This document shows, piece by piece, positions 27,427 through 37,016 of a DNA stretch of 64,000 bases (position 1 is the stretch's first letter; each line of letters begins with the position of its first letter). Source of the stretch: a virus (taxonomy: Duplodnaviria; Caudoviricetes); IMG/VR virus record IMGVR_UViG_3300011116_001229; one strand, written 5' to 3'. Position numbers and translations under genes: made by a program. The notes under the pieces were generated by a model. It ran no database searches, was not told the origin of the DNA, and worked only from the letters and a program-made list of their open reading frames with translations.

Positions 27427-30400
27427 TGCTCGAAAAAGACGACCCTAGGTTTTTAACGGACTTGATGGATCTACTCTCTCCCAGAGGCGTAGGTACAACT
27501 GCTAAAAGTAGCCCTTCACTTGATAACATGCCAATTGATGAGCGTGTTAGAGTTCTTCTCGTTGACAAGACGAAAACGTTCGATCAAATTAAAAAAGAAG
27601 TTGAAAATTATTACACAGCAAAAAAAACTAATCAGGCTACACCCGCCGAGCAAGACTCTGATGCAGATCTTCCAAATAATTTTCATGGCATATCAACTAA
27701 AGACCCATTTCCCATCTGCGAAAAGAAAGGGTTTAAGGACTCGAAATATTGGTTACAGAATGCTCCTAAGAACTTATCAACTCCGAGCACTCTGACAAAA
27801 GCTATCTTTGGTGATATTTTTGATGACACAAAGTGCACCGTATCAATTTTTGTTTCAACAGATCCGTATCTGAGTCCTGCTGCAGCGGCAACTGAAGATG
27901 TAGAGCTATTTTTAAATTATACACCGCCAATTGTTGCCAACCAGATGATACCTTATCTTGAAGTAGAATTTGCATCTAATAAGGCGCACAATAACGATCC
28001 TTCGTTCAATCACTTAAGCACCCCATCACTACTGAGATTTTTGCTCGGTTCTGTGCCGTGGTTTGATGCCAAGTCTGACGGGCCTGGGAGTCTTGCTCAA
28101 GGATTTAGCGCTGCAGATTCTGCGCTAATAACAGTCAAGCAAGGCGAAACCAATGCAAAGGGTCAAGCAACGAGTGAAGTAATTTCTGGCATGGAATTAT
28201 TCTTATCACCTCAATCTTTGACGAATGTCGAGACCATTAAGTCATCAAAGACAAGATTGATGAATGTTAAACCTTTTATACCCTTTGCATCAATAAACAA
28301 TTTTGAAGTTCAAATTTTAAATGCAGGTGCCGGTGCAATGGCACACAAGAAGGGAAAGCTAACTTTGACTGTGCACGATAAGTCTAGAATTTCTGAAATG
28401 TCAGAGTTCTTTAGAGGACCTGCGGGTTATGCAACTTTAAAAGTTTGGACATCATATGGTTGGATAGCGCCGCGGCGCCCTGACAGTGAAATTGACTCAT
28501 ACGCAAAATTTATCAACGAGACGATGCATGCAGAAGATTGCTGGCAGGTTATGAACACACAGTTTAGCTTTGATCAAGCTGGTAAAGTTTCTATCACGCT
28601 TGACCTGGTTGGTTTCGGTGTATCGCAGGCAAAAAGAACTGCCATAACAGTTGCTAAGGGTTACCAAGCCTTCGTCAATGGATTTAATGATACCCTGGAA
28701 GAGATTCAAGAAGCAGCTAAAGACATTATGAAACTTCCGCTTGGTCCTGATGCAAGAATAACCCAGGTGCTAAATGCTGCATCTTCAGGTGGAATGTTGC
28801 CGGCCGACCTAAAGCCTGAACAGTTCGAAGACGTCATGAAATCAGTCAGTGTCTATGCGCAGACAGCAGGTCTTTCGACTGACGAAACAGATAAATTAGT
28901 CGCAAAGATAAGAAATGTCTTGGATCCAAAAAAGTATAAAGCTGGTCTGGCACGTGAAAGAGCCAACTCATTAAAATCCTTGCTCACAGAGATCAAAGGT
29001 TACGATCCCTTTATTGCGGGCCCAGCTAACGCAAATAACCTGCCAGCTTTAGAACAATTCTTTAATCCTGAGCTTATTAAAGAAATAGATTTTTTCTACA
29101 CTTTGCCTTTACCACCTACTGAAGAGGAAAAGAAAACACCCCCTGCAGACAATAAGAAAGACGAAAAGGAAATACCCAGACCAGTTATCAGCATTGACAA
29201 AGATAAAAAAGTGATATCTTTTGGAAAGCTTTTTTGTGCTGTTGCTGTGCCTGCTATATTAGAAGCGAATAGAAACTCTCTCAAGTCAAACCAAAAGTCA
29301 GAATTGCAAATAATGTTCTATGCTCTAAACGATCAGTGTGGTCCTGTCAGCGGACAAAGCGTCGCCGAATTCCCAATAGACGTTGAGAGACTTGCTTATG
29401 CTCTTGACGATACCATCAGAGCAAAATCAAAGACATCTGATTTAACAATTGAAGAGTTTCTAAAAGTAGTTATTAATAGCCAGTTCACAGATGACAGAGC
29501 GATTGGCTACGGTATGCTGAGTAAGAACTTGTTTGCACCATTCGATAAAGATAAACCGGGTGCTGCAAAGGCAGAAAAGAACAAAGAATATGAGTCCAAG
29601 ATGGCAGAATGGCAGTCACAGTATCCTGTATTCGCAAAGCCCGTCATAGAGATGCTAATTGAGACCAGCAAAGTTGAAAAGAATACAGCAACCAGAATAC
29701 ACGAGCTGACAAATAAGAACAGAAAAGATTCAACAGATGAATCCATAATGAGAGTCCACATCTACGACAAACAGAATAACCCAAGAAAGCTCTTTACACA
29801 AGTTGCATCTTTGTCTGGTAAACTATTTGTCGGCTCTTTTGATGACCGAGAACTTCGTCGAAAATTAAGCAAAAAATCATTAACTAAAGAACAACTACAG
29901 GCTCTAGTGAATGACATCAGAAAAGATCGTAATAGCGGTGAAGCTGCTGCTGCAGCAGCAACAGGTTTAACTTTAAAAGGCCCAGCTGGTGAAGACTCTG
30001 GAATTCCAATTGAAGCAAAATTATTTGGTGAGGGTGGTGTGAGAGAGAATCTAAGAAAGCTAGCACCCACCCTAGAGATCGGCACCAATGGAACTCTAAT
30101 AAAATCTGCGAACCTTCAGTCTAAGACGGATGACTTGATGGCAGCTGCCAACTTGGTCAACATAATGAAATCTAGTGGTAAAGGCAGTAATAACTCCACT
30201 GATCCACCTGGAACAGGTCTAGAGGGCCCAGGCGGTTTGCCTCTCAGAACTGTCCCTGCATCTTTGAGCATGACAATGATGGGATGCCCTGCCGCTAGAC
30301 TATATCAGCAGTATTTCGTCGATCTAGGAACGGGAACTTCTCTAGACAATCTCTACACTTGCACTCAGGTAACGCACAAGATCGATCCGGGAAAGTTTGA

Positions 30401-30707
30401 GACTTCTATGACATTCGCATTCTCTGACGGCTACGGTAAGTACTCTTCGCCTCCCACAATTGCATCCATTTTGACTAATGCTGCTAAGCAGCTAAAGAGA
30501 GCAGAAGAAGCAGCAAATCAGCCAAAACCACCGAACTCTCCAAAGGCGACCACTGCAGGAAAGGGTGCCAAGTCAACATCTCCAGCAACTAAAGCCGGAG
30601 GAAACAAGGCTCCCCAAAATATAGCCCCAGAGAATCCACCTCGTCCACCCGCTAGAGAAACTACATCACCAGATCCCCTGCCAGGAAAGCACCCGTTTGC
30701 TTCTTGA
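27426..30707 (+). CDS. Baseplate hub protein (gp27/gpD-like) with Pro-rich C-terminal tail
   Basis: C-terminal MTMMGCP...YFVDLGTGTSLDNLY.CTQVTHKIDPGKFET resembles a hub; follows the LysM gene. Confidence 0.55.
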   Translation: MLEKDDPRFLTDLMDLLSPRGVGTTAKSSPSLDNMPIDERVRVLLVDKTKTFDQIKKEVENYYTAKKTNQATPAEQDSDADLPNNFHGISTKDPFPICEKKGFKDSKYWLQNAPKNLSTPSTLTKAIFGDIFDDTKCTVSIFVSTDPYLSPAAAATEDVELFLNYTPPIVANQMIPYLEVEFASNKAHNNDPSFNHLSTPSLLRFLLGSVPWFDAKSDGPGSLAQGFSAADSALITVKQGETNAKGQATSEVISGMELFLSPQSLTNVETIKSSKTRLMNVKPFIPFASINNFEVQILNAGAGAMAHKKGKLTLTVHDKSRISEMSEFFRGPAGYATLKVWTSYGWIAPRRPDSEIDSYAKFINETMHAEDCWQVMNTQFSFDQAGKVSITLDLVGFGVSQAKRTAITVAKGYQAFVNGFNDTLEEIQEAAKDIMKLPLGPDARITQVLNAASSGGMLPADLKPEQFEDVMKSVSVYAQTAGLSTDETDKLVAKIRNVLDPKKYKAGLARERANSLKSLLTEIKGYDPFIAGPANANNLPALEQFFNPELIKEIDFFYTLPLPPTEEEKKTPPADNKKDEKEIPRPVISIDKDKKVISFGKLFCAVAVPAILEANRNSLKSNQKSELQIMFYALNDQCGPVSGQSVAEFPIDVERLAYALDDTIRAKSKTSDLTIEEFLKVVINSQFTDDRAIGYGMLSKNLFAPFDKDKPGAAKAEKNKEYESKMAEWQSQYPVFAKPVIEMLIETSKVEKNTATRIHELTNKNRKDSTDESIMRVHIYDKQNNPRKLFTQVASLSGKLFVGSFDDRELRRKLSKKSLTKEQLQALVNDIRKDRNSGEAAAAAATGLTLKGPAGEDSGIPIEAKLFGEGGVRENLRKLAPTLEIGTNGTLIKSANLQSKTDDLMAAANLVNIMKSSGKGSNNSTDPPGTGLEGPGGLPLRTVPASLSMTMMGCPAARLYQQYFVDLGTGTSLDNLYTCTQVTHKIDPGKFETSMTFAFSDGYGKYSSPPTIASILTNAAKQLKRAEEAANQPKPPNSPKATTAGKGAKSTSPATKAGGNKAPQNIAPENPPRPPARETTSPDPLPGKHPFAS

Positions 30708-30739
30708 TCCATTTGCACATTTGTGTCGCTGCAGTGTAG

Positions 30740-31942
30740 ATGTTGACTGTGTCGTATTGCATTGACAGGTCGTATCTCGGCTCTAATGAAAATTTTTGTA
30801 AGAATCCAGAAGGATTCTTTTGGTCAGGCTCGCGTCCTCGACAGAGTTGGCTGCTCACGGGGAAACATAAAAGCAAAGACAGGTGTCTAGACACGCTGCT
30901 CACACTCAGCCAGATTGATCTTCCCAAGATCCCCGACAGGTACGTCGCAGTCATGGACCAGCTGGTTACAGGGTCTAACGTGCAGATTCCATGGCAGCAC
31001 GTTCTTCCTCGGAGCATATACGAAAATTACTTTAAAAATACGGTTAAGGTAATTGAAGACTCTTTTTCTGAATTACCATTTGATTACTATGAGACCGCGT
31101 GGACACAGGGCACTGATTTGCTTTCGTCACTCAAGCCAGCAAAGATCGACGTCGAAGCATGGAATAGACACCTAGATGAAGCAAACGTCAATGCTGCTGT
31201 TCTTGCTTCTTTCAAGCCCGACCCTCGAGGTTTTGCTGATGTACCCACTTATAACCGCTTTGGCACACGCACGGGACGTCTCACTGTGTCTGATGGGCCT
31301 AATATTCTCACGCTCAAGAGGGAACACAGAGCTATTTTGCGCTCTTCTTTCAGCGATGGTTTTATCTGTTCACTGGACTTTAGAGCCCTTGAGCCCCGCA
31401 TCGTCCTTGCGGAAGCTGGACGCAGCAGTGATGCTGAAGACATCTATGGTGAGCTCGCAGAGAAGATCTTTGGAGATCGATCAAACAGAGACGCTGTGAA
31501 GGTTGCTGTCATCTCTGAGCTGTATGGTGCTGCAAAAGAGTCTCTTCGTGCACGCCTAGGAATATCGCAAGCGAAGATTGATGCATTCGTGCGCGGCATC
31601 AACGACTTCTTTAAGCTCGAAGACCTCAGAGCGAGGTTATCAGTTCAAGCATCATCTGGGAAGATCATCAATCGCTTTGGGAGACCGCTTCAAGTCGACC
31701 CAAGCGCAAAGAACTTATTCATCAATACCTACGTGCAGAGTACCGGTGTGGACGTCTCCCTGTTTGGATTCGATATTATTTTACAAAAGCTTGGCATTGA
31801 TGGTGTGCGACCCCTCTACGTGCTCCATGACGCGCTAATCCTTGACGTGCGAGGTGATAGACTACAAGATGTTTCAGAGTTGTCATCATTAAAAGTCCCT
31901 TCTTACGACGTGTCATTTCCGGTAAAGTTTGAGAAATTATGA
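30740..31942 (+). CDS. polA: Family A DNA polymerase, polymerase domain only
   Basis: TRTGRL; motif A SLDFRALEPR; motif B RDAVKVAVISELYG; motif C LHDAL; only 400 aa, with no recognisable exonuclease domain. Confidence 0.8.
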   Translation: MLTVSYCIDRSYLGSNENFCKNPEGFFWSGSRPRQSWLLTGKHKSKDRCLDTLLTLSQIDLPKIPDRYVAVMDQLVTGSNVQIPWQHVLPRSIYENYFKNTVKVIEDSFSELPFDYYETAWTQGTDLLSSLKPAKIDVEAWNRHLDEANVNAAVLASFKPDPRGFADVPTYNRFGTRTGRLTVSDGPNILTLKREHRAILRSSFSDGFICSLDFRALEPRIVLAEAGRSSDAEDIYGELAEKIFGDRSNRDAVKVAVISELYGAAKESLRARLGISQAKIDAFVRGINDFFKLEDLRARLSVQASSGKIINRFGRPLQVDPSAKNLFINTYVQSTGVDVSLFGFDIILQKLGIDGVRPLYVLHDALILDVRGDRLQDVSELSSLKVPSYDVSFPVKFEKL

Positions 31943-31975
31943 ACATTATGATTTATCTAGTTTATTGTTGGTTGT

Positions 31976-32563
31976 ATGTCATTAACTCCTGAAGAAATCA
32001 CAGCTAATTTTGAAAAATTTCGGTCGCTTTGCGAGAAACTCGGCGAGCGGTCGGAAGCAGCTCTTGCTCTTGTTGACCACCTTGGAGAAAGACTAGCTTT
32101 GTGTCCTGCGTCCGGACGCAAAGAATACCATGCAGCTTACCCAGGCGGTCTAGTTGACCATTCTCTTCGGGTCTTGTCTTATTCTATGAAATTGTGTAAG
32201 ACTTTTGGCTGGTCTGTCTCAAAAGAATCGTTGATCATCGGTTGTCTTTTTCACGACCTTGGAAAGGTGGGCGACCACGAGCATGACTATTATATCCCGC
32301 AGGATTCTGACTGGCACCGTGAGAAGCTCGGAGAGATGTACAAACACAACAAAGACATACTGTATATGACGGTACCCGACCGCGGTGTGTGGCTCTGTCA
32401 GCACTTTGGCCTTAAATTGACACAAGATGAGTGGCTGGCAATCAAACTAAATGACGGCCAGTACATACAGGAGAACACACCCTACAAGATGAAAGAACCT
32501 CTCCTTGCTGATATTGTTCACCAAGCTGATATTATCGCAACAAAAGAAGAAAAAGATACTTGA
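31976..32563 (+). CDS. HD-domain phosphohydrolase (YhaM-like)
   Basis: YHAAYPGGLVDHSLRV...LFHDLGKVG...VHQAD. Confidence 0.85.
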   Translation: MSLTPEEITANFEKFRSLCEKLGERSEAALALVDHLGERLALCPASGRKEYHAAYPGGLVDHSLRVLSYSMKLCKTFGWSVSKESLIIGCLFHDLGKVGDHEHDYYIPQDSDWHREKLGEMYKHNKDILYMTVPDRGVWLCQHFGLKLTQDEWLAIKLNDGQYIQENTPYKMKEPLLADIVHQADIIATKEEKDT

Positions 32564-32583
32564 TAGACTGATATTTAAGTTGC

Positions 32584-32886
32584 ATGGAAGAGTTACTTCG
32601 TGAGTTCTTAGAACTGGCTTTATATGAGCTAAGGGATGCACGTGTGCCCAATCAGCTTCGTAGTAGAAAATCTAAGAAAAAAGACGACGAAGACAAGAAC
32701 GAAATGTCGACAGTTGGTGTTAGTCTTGGTGGAGCTGCTGCCCCTGGTGGGCCACTTGGTCCTGGTGGATTTGGCGGTTATACAGCGCCCCTTGGTGCAT
32801 CATCAGCTGACATGAAACCCGGCAAACATGCGACACCCGGTAAAAAAGTAAAGAAGCATAAGAAAAAACACGTTCGTATTAAGTGA
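32584..32886 (+). CDS. Hypothetical Gly/Lys-rich protein
   Basis: 100 aa; ATATTTA 6 nt before the ATG. Confidence 0.55.
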   Translation: MEELLREFLELALYELRDARVPNQLRSRKSKKKDDEDKNEMSTVGVSLGGAAAPGGPLGPGGFGGYTAPLGASSADMKPGKHATPGKKVKKHKKKHVRIK

Positions 32887-33043
32887 CAAGATTAAATGGA
32901 TCTCTTCTTGCCAACAGCGTGAACAATCGCGTAGCTTCGGTATACAGTGTCACATATCAAAGGAGTTCGACCGTTAAAAGCATGTTGCTTAACAGCGGTC
33001 AACGTTACAATTAACGGAATAGGAAACGGAAAAGGAAAATATT

Positions 33044-33874
33044 ATGGCTATTGATCTAGAAGCAATTAAGAAGCGTGTTGCAGAACTCAGCGGTGTGAAG
33101 AAGACCTCGTCGGTCCAATTGTGGAAGCCTTCGATCGGTGAACACAAAATTCGCTGCCTACCATGGAAGAATGCACCGGATGGTCAACCTTTCGCAGAGA
33201 GGTGGTTCTACTACATCGGTGAGAATGCAGGCATTCTGGCACCCAACCAGTTTGGCAAACCAGACCCAATTAATGATCTCATTAAGAAGTTATACAGCAG
33301 TGGCAAGCCAGATGATCGTCTTCTTGCTAAGAAGTTGGCACCTAAAATGCGATGCTATGCACCTGTTGTCGTCCGCGGCGAAGAGGATAAGGGAGTTCAA
33401 GTCTGGGCATTCGGCAAACTTGTATACCAGAGAATGCTTAGCTTCTTCTTGGATGAAGAAGTTGGTGATATCTTATCGCCGTCAGAAGGATTTGACTTGA
33501 AGGTTTCAATTACAAAGCAACCTGGCAAGCAGTTCAATGACACGACTGTTGACCCAGCTCGTCGTCCTTCAAAGCTACATGAGGACGCAAAGGTGTCTGA
33601 GCAGTGGCTTAACTCAATCCCAAGCCTTGACGATATGTACCGCCTCAAGAATACGCAAGAAATTGAGACAGTTCTTAACAACTGGCTTTCAGGCGGGGCT
33701 CCCGCTGATGTTGAGAAGACCGATGGAACTGCTAGAGGCGTCGCACCAGTTGATGAACTTGACAGCTTGACTGCAGAGCTTAAGTCTTCTGCGCCTGCTG
33801 AAAAGAAGTCAAAGAAAGAGACAGCTAAGAAGCAGTCGCTTGATGAAGCTTTTGCTGACTTAATGAGCGAGTGA
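33044..33874 (+). CDS. ssb: Single-stranded DNA-binding protein (T4 gp32-like)
   Basis: LWKP..GEHKIRCLP...PF.ERWFYY...DPI...VVVRGEEDKGVQVWAFGK..YQ...GFDLKV; acidic C-terminus DEAFADLMSE; lies before recA. Confidence 0.75.
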   Translation: MAIDLEAIKKRVAELSGVKKTSSVQLWKPSIGEHKIRCLPWKNAPDGQPFAERWFYYIGENAGILAPNQFGKPDPINDLIKKLYSSGKPDDRLLAKKLAPKMRCYAPVVVRGEEDKGVQVWAFGKLVYQRMLSFFLDEEVGDILSPSEGFDLKVSITKQPGKQFNDTTVDPARRPSKLHEDAKVSEQWLNSIPSLDDMYRLKNTQEIETVLNNWLSGGAPADVEKTDGTARGVAPVDELDSLTAELKSSAPAEKKSKKETAKKQSLDEAFADLMSE

Positions 33875-33898
33875 CATTAGTTTAATTGTTGATCTCTT

Positions 33899-33930
33899 GA
33901 AAGCGCCGCCAACAGCGGCGCTTTCTTTTT
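33899..33930 (+). terminator. Intrinsic terminator
   Basis: GAAAGCGCCGC-CAACA-GCGGCGCTTTC followed by TTTTT. Confidence 0.88.
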
Positions 33931-33991
33931 CTGATCCATTAAAACAAATTGAGTAGTCTATGTTAGAATGAGAGGCAACTGAGAGTTACAT

Positions 33992-35179
33992 ATGGTTAAG
34001 AAGACAAAAAGTGAAATAAGCGCTGAAGACAATATTGTTGACTCAATGACTAATGATTTGATCAAAGCTCTTAACAAAGAGTTTGGCCAAAAGATTGCTT
34101 TTAATCTATCAGAAGATGAAGCACCAACCATCGTAAAGCGCTGGATCGATACAGGTTCTATTCAGCTTAACTACGCCGTGAGAAATGCATTCGCTGGCGG
34201 TTATCCAGAGGGACGAATCATTGAGATCAGCGGACCACCTTCCATCGGCAAGTCTCATCTTGCCTACCATGCAGCGCTTGTAGTTCAGTCTCTCGGTGGG
34301 CTTGTGGTTTATATTGACACTGAGAATGCTACAAGCCCCCAGAAGCTCGCTGATATGGGCATCGATGTTCGTAAGCGATTTGTTTATTGTGACTCACACT
34401 GTACAGAAGAGGTATTCTCGATTATTGAGTCAACAATTCTTAAGGCGAAACAGATCATAGACAAGAATGTTCCCATCTTGGTTGTATGGGACTCAGTCGC
34501 AGCAACATCACCAAAGGCAGAACTTGACGGTGAGTACGAAGATAACACAATCGGTCTTCAGGCTCGCGTAATTTCAAAGGGTATGCGTAAGATCACTGGT
34601 GTGATTGGTCAGAATAACGTAACTCTTCTCTGTCTTAATCAGTTAAGAACTGCAATCGGAGTAATGCACGGTGACCCAGACATTACACCAGGTGGAAAAT
34701 CCATCCCTTACCATGCGTCTCTCAGAATTAAGTTAACTAGCGGTACGCAGGTAAAAGACAAGAATGGAAATGTGATTGGTATTCACGTCATCTGCACGAT
34801 CAAGAAGAATAAGGTTGCTCCGCCATTCCGCAAATGTGAGTTCGATATTATCTTTGGCAAGGGTATCGTTGAGGATGAGTACATCTTTGATGAAGTCCGA
34901 AATCACTGCAAGGATGTTGGACCTGTTAAGCGTAAGGGTAAGTCAATTAAGATATCAGGTGAAGGCGCATGGAAAGAACTTTCAGTCCTTGATGACAAGA
35001 CAGGCGAAGTTATTATTGAAAAGAAGTTCTACAAGAATGAGTTTGGTGCATTGCTAAAAGATGACAAATATTCACCATGGATTATGGAGGCAATTGATTC
35101 AGCGCTTACGCTTGTGAGTGGTCCCCCACGCGATGAGTCGGATGTAATTGAAGACGACGAGGAAGATTCCGATGAGTGA
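33992..35179 (+). CDS. recA: RecA/UvsX recombinase
   Basis: Walker A GPPSIGKS; YIDTENA; VVWDSVAA; LNQLR; PGGKSIPYHAS; KNKVAPPFR. Confidence 0.93.
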   Translation: MVKKTKSEISAEDNIVDSMTNDLIKALNKEFGQKIAFNLSEDEAPTIVKRWIDTGSIQLNYAVRNAFAGGYPEGRIIEISGPPSIGKSHLAYHAALVVQSLGGLVVYIDTENATSPQKLADMGIDVRKRFVYCDSHCTEEVFSIIESTILKAKQIIDKNVPILVVWDSVAATSPKAELDGEYEDNTIGLQARVISKGMRKITGVIGQNNVTLLCLNQLRTAIGVMHGDPDITPGGKSIPYHASLRIKLTSGTQVKDKNGNVIGIHVICTIKKNKVAPPFRKCEFDIIFGKGIVEDEYIFDEVRNHCKDVGPVKRKGKSIKISGEGAWKELSVLDDKTGEVIIEKKFYKNEFGALLKDDKYSPWIMEAIDSALTLVSGPPRDESDVIEDDEEDSDE

Positions 35180-35642
35180 CAAGGGAATGACAAGAAAAGT
35201 TAACCCGATCTGGGTAAGAGCTACCATTGACAAAAACGGATCTTTCCCTAAATACCAGACGGAGTCTTCAATAGGCTGCGATTTGCACGCTGCTGAAGAT
35301 GCTGTTATTAAACCAGGAAAAAGATTGCTTATTGGAACTGGAATCCGTCTAGAGACGCCTAGCGGCATCGGAGCAATCGTATGTTCTAGATCAGGACTTG
35401 CGATCAAGCATGGTGTAGCTGTCCTAAACTCTCCAGGAATAATTGATAGTGACTTTAGGGGAGAAATAAAAGTTATACTACACAACTCCGGTGATGAAGA
35501 TTTTCACGTAAATGCAGGTGATAGAATTGCACAGCTCGTGTTTTTCCCAATTGTGCAAGCTATCTTTCAGCATTCCGAAGAATTAACACAGACAGGACGC
35601 GGCGAGGGCGGATTTGGTAGTACTGGTATTTCTTCGACATGA
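35172..35642 (+). CDS. dut: Trimeric dUTPase
   Basis: RSGLA, GIIDSDFRGE, GDRIAQLV and RGEGGFGSTG motifs; ATG 35172 overlaps the recA end. Confidence 0.95.
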   Translation: MSDKGMTRKVNPIWVRATIDKNGSFPKYQTESSIGCDLHAAEDAVIKPGKRLLIGTGIRLETPSGIGAIVCSRSGLAIKHGVAVLNSPGIIDSDFRGEIKVILHNSGDEDFHVNAGDRIAQLVFFPIVQAIFQHSEELTQTGRGEGGFGSTGISST

Positions 35643-35660
35643 TATTTAGGAGGACAAATT

Positions 35661-35963
35661 ATGAAGTCTAATGAAGTATTAAGTTTTTTGCTTTTCGTAG
35701 CGGGTTATACCCTTGGAAGGGTAGACACAATTATTGGATCTTTTAAAAATAAGAAGCTCGAATCTTTTGTTGATAAAGTCTGCCAAGATGAGAAGAAAGA
35801 TAAAAACAAAAAGAAGCTTTTAATCGATGACAAAAAATATGTGACCAAAGTTTCTACAGAAAAATTTAAGAAAAGTGCTGATCTTGGTGTTCAGTCAGAA
35901 GTTAATGACAGCATTGAAAACGAAACAGCTAAGCTGAGCTCACTGAAAAAAAAGAAAGGCTGA
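35661..35963 (+). CDS. Small Lys-rich protein with a hydrophobic N-terminal segment
   Basis: EVLSFLLFVAGYTLG; SD AGGAGG; ATATTTA at 35642-35648. Confidence 0.6.
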   Translation: MKSNEVLSFLLFVAGYTLGRVDTIIGSFKNKKLESFVDKVCQDEKKDKNKKKLLIDDKKYVTKVSTEKFKKSADLGVQSEVNDSIENETAKLSSLKKKKG

Positions 35964-35965
35964 TT

Positions 35966-36970
35966 ATGGCTAAAGGTCTAGACGTTGGAACATCTTTTAT
36001 TGTGCTTGCATCTGAGGGTAACAAGGGCAAAGTAGTCTACAAAGACTTTAGAGACGCTTTTTATGTCATTAAGCCCACGACTCCAATCGCCACAAAGATG
36101 ATTGAGAAGGGTCTTTCTGGCAAGATCTTTGTAAAAGATGACGATGGATCTTTTATTATTCTAGGAAAAGACGCGATTGAGAAGGCAGTCGAGAGAAATG
36201 ACTCAGCCAAGCGTCCAATGCACAAGGGTGTGGTTTCTTCTAAAGAGAAAGAAGCTAGAAGAATTTTAACATACATACTTAAAGAAGTTGCAGGACAAGC
36301 AGCTGAACAAGATGAAAAACTTGTCTTCTGCATTCCGGCTCAACCTGTCGATCAAGAGGATGAAGATTTTGACGTTGGTTATCATGAAGACGTCGTTAAG
36401 TCTGTTCTTTCTGATTGCGGCTATGACGCAAAGTCTATTAATGAAGCAGAAGCCCTTTGCTATTCTGAGCTTGCAGATGATGATTACACCGGTGTTGCTC
36501 TGTCGTGGGGCGCAGGGATGGTGAACGTCTGCGTGATGCTCAATGGTGAGCCTGTGCTGAAATTCTCAACAACAAAGTCCGGTGACTGGATTGATCGTAT
36601 GGCAGCAGTTGCCACTGGAGAAACTGACTCTGTCGTACAGGCGGAGAAAGAAAATGGTGATTTCACAGTGGGGCAAGACAATGATAATCAAGTTCTTGCG
36701 GCCGTTGCTTCTTACTACGATAGACTAATTGATTACACTGCAAAACAATTAGTAGATGCGCTAGAGGAAAACAAAGCACTGCCCAAGTTTAAGGATGCAA
36801 TTCCAGTTGTTCTTGCAGGCGGCACGACAAAGGCAAAAGGCTTTGTCGACCACTTTAAGATTAAGCTTGAAGAAAATGGGTTTCCGCTGCCCGTCAAGGA
36901 TGTTCGCCATGCAGCTGATCCTCTTCACGCTGTGGCTAGAGGCTGCTTAATCGCATCCCAGATTCTTTGA
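35966..36970 (+). CDS. Actin-fold ATPase (MreB/FtsA/ParM superfamily)
   Basis: Phosphate-1 GLDVGTS, connect-1 INEAEAL, phosphate-2 SWGAGMVN, adenosine VLAGGT..AKGF, connect-2 DPLHAVARG. Confidence 0.8.
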   Translation: MAKGLDVGTSFIVLASEGNKGKVVYKDFRDAFYVIKPTTPIATKMIEKGLSGKIFVKDDDGSFIILGKDAIEKAVERNDSAKRPMHKGVVSSKEKEARRILTYILKEVAGQAAEQDEKLVFCIPAQPVDQEDEDFDVGYHEDVVKSVLSDCGYDAKSINEAEALCYSELADDDYTGVALSWGAGMVNVCVMLNGEPVLKFSTTKSGDWIDRMAAVATGETDSVVQAEKENGDFTVGQDNDNQVLAAVASYYDRLIDYTAKQLVDALEENKALPKFKDAIPVVLAGGTTKAKGFVDHFKIKLEENGFPLPVKDVRHAADPLHAVARGCLIASQIL

Positions 36971-37016
36971 CTTTAGTTAATTGTAAAGATAGATACGAAC
37001 GTGCAAATATAAGCGC

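Noticed and set aside
2844-30707. Extracellular contractile injection system or T6SS
   Set aside because: gp13/14/15-like neck genes, an endolysin and a contiguous phage replication module indicate a phage tail.
30740-32563. PolA plus HD hydrolase as a 2-aminoadenine (DpoZ/DatZ) system
   Set aside because: There is no purZ-like gene in the window, the HD protein has YhaM-like motifs, and the PolA lacks the exonuclease domain of DpoZ. It cannot be excluded for the rest of the genome.
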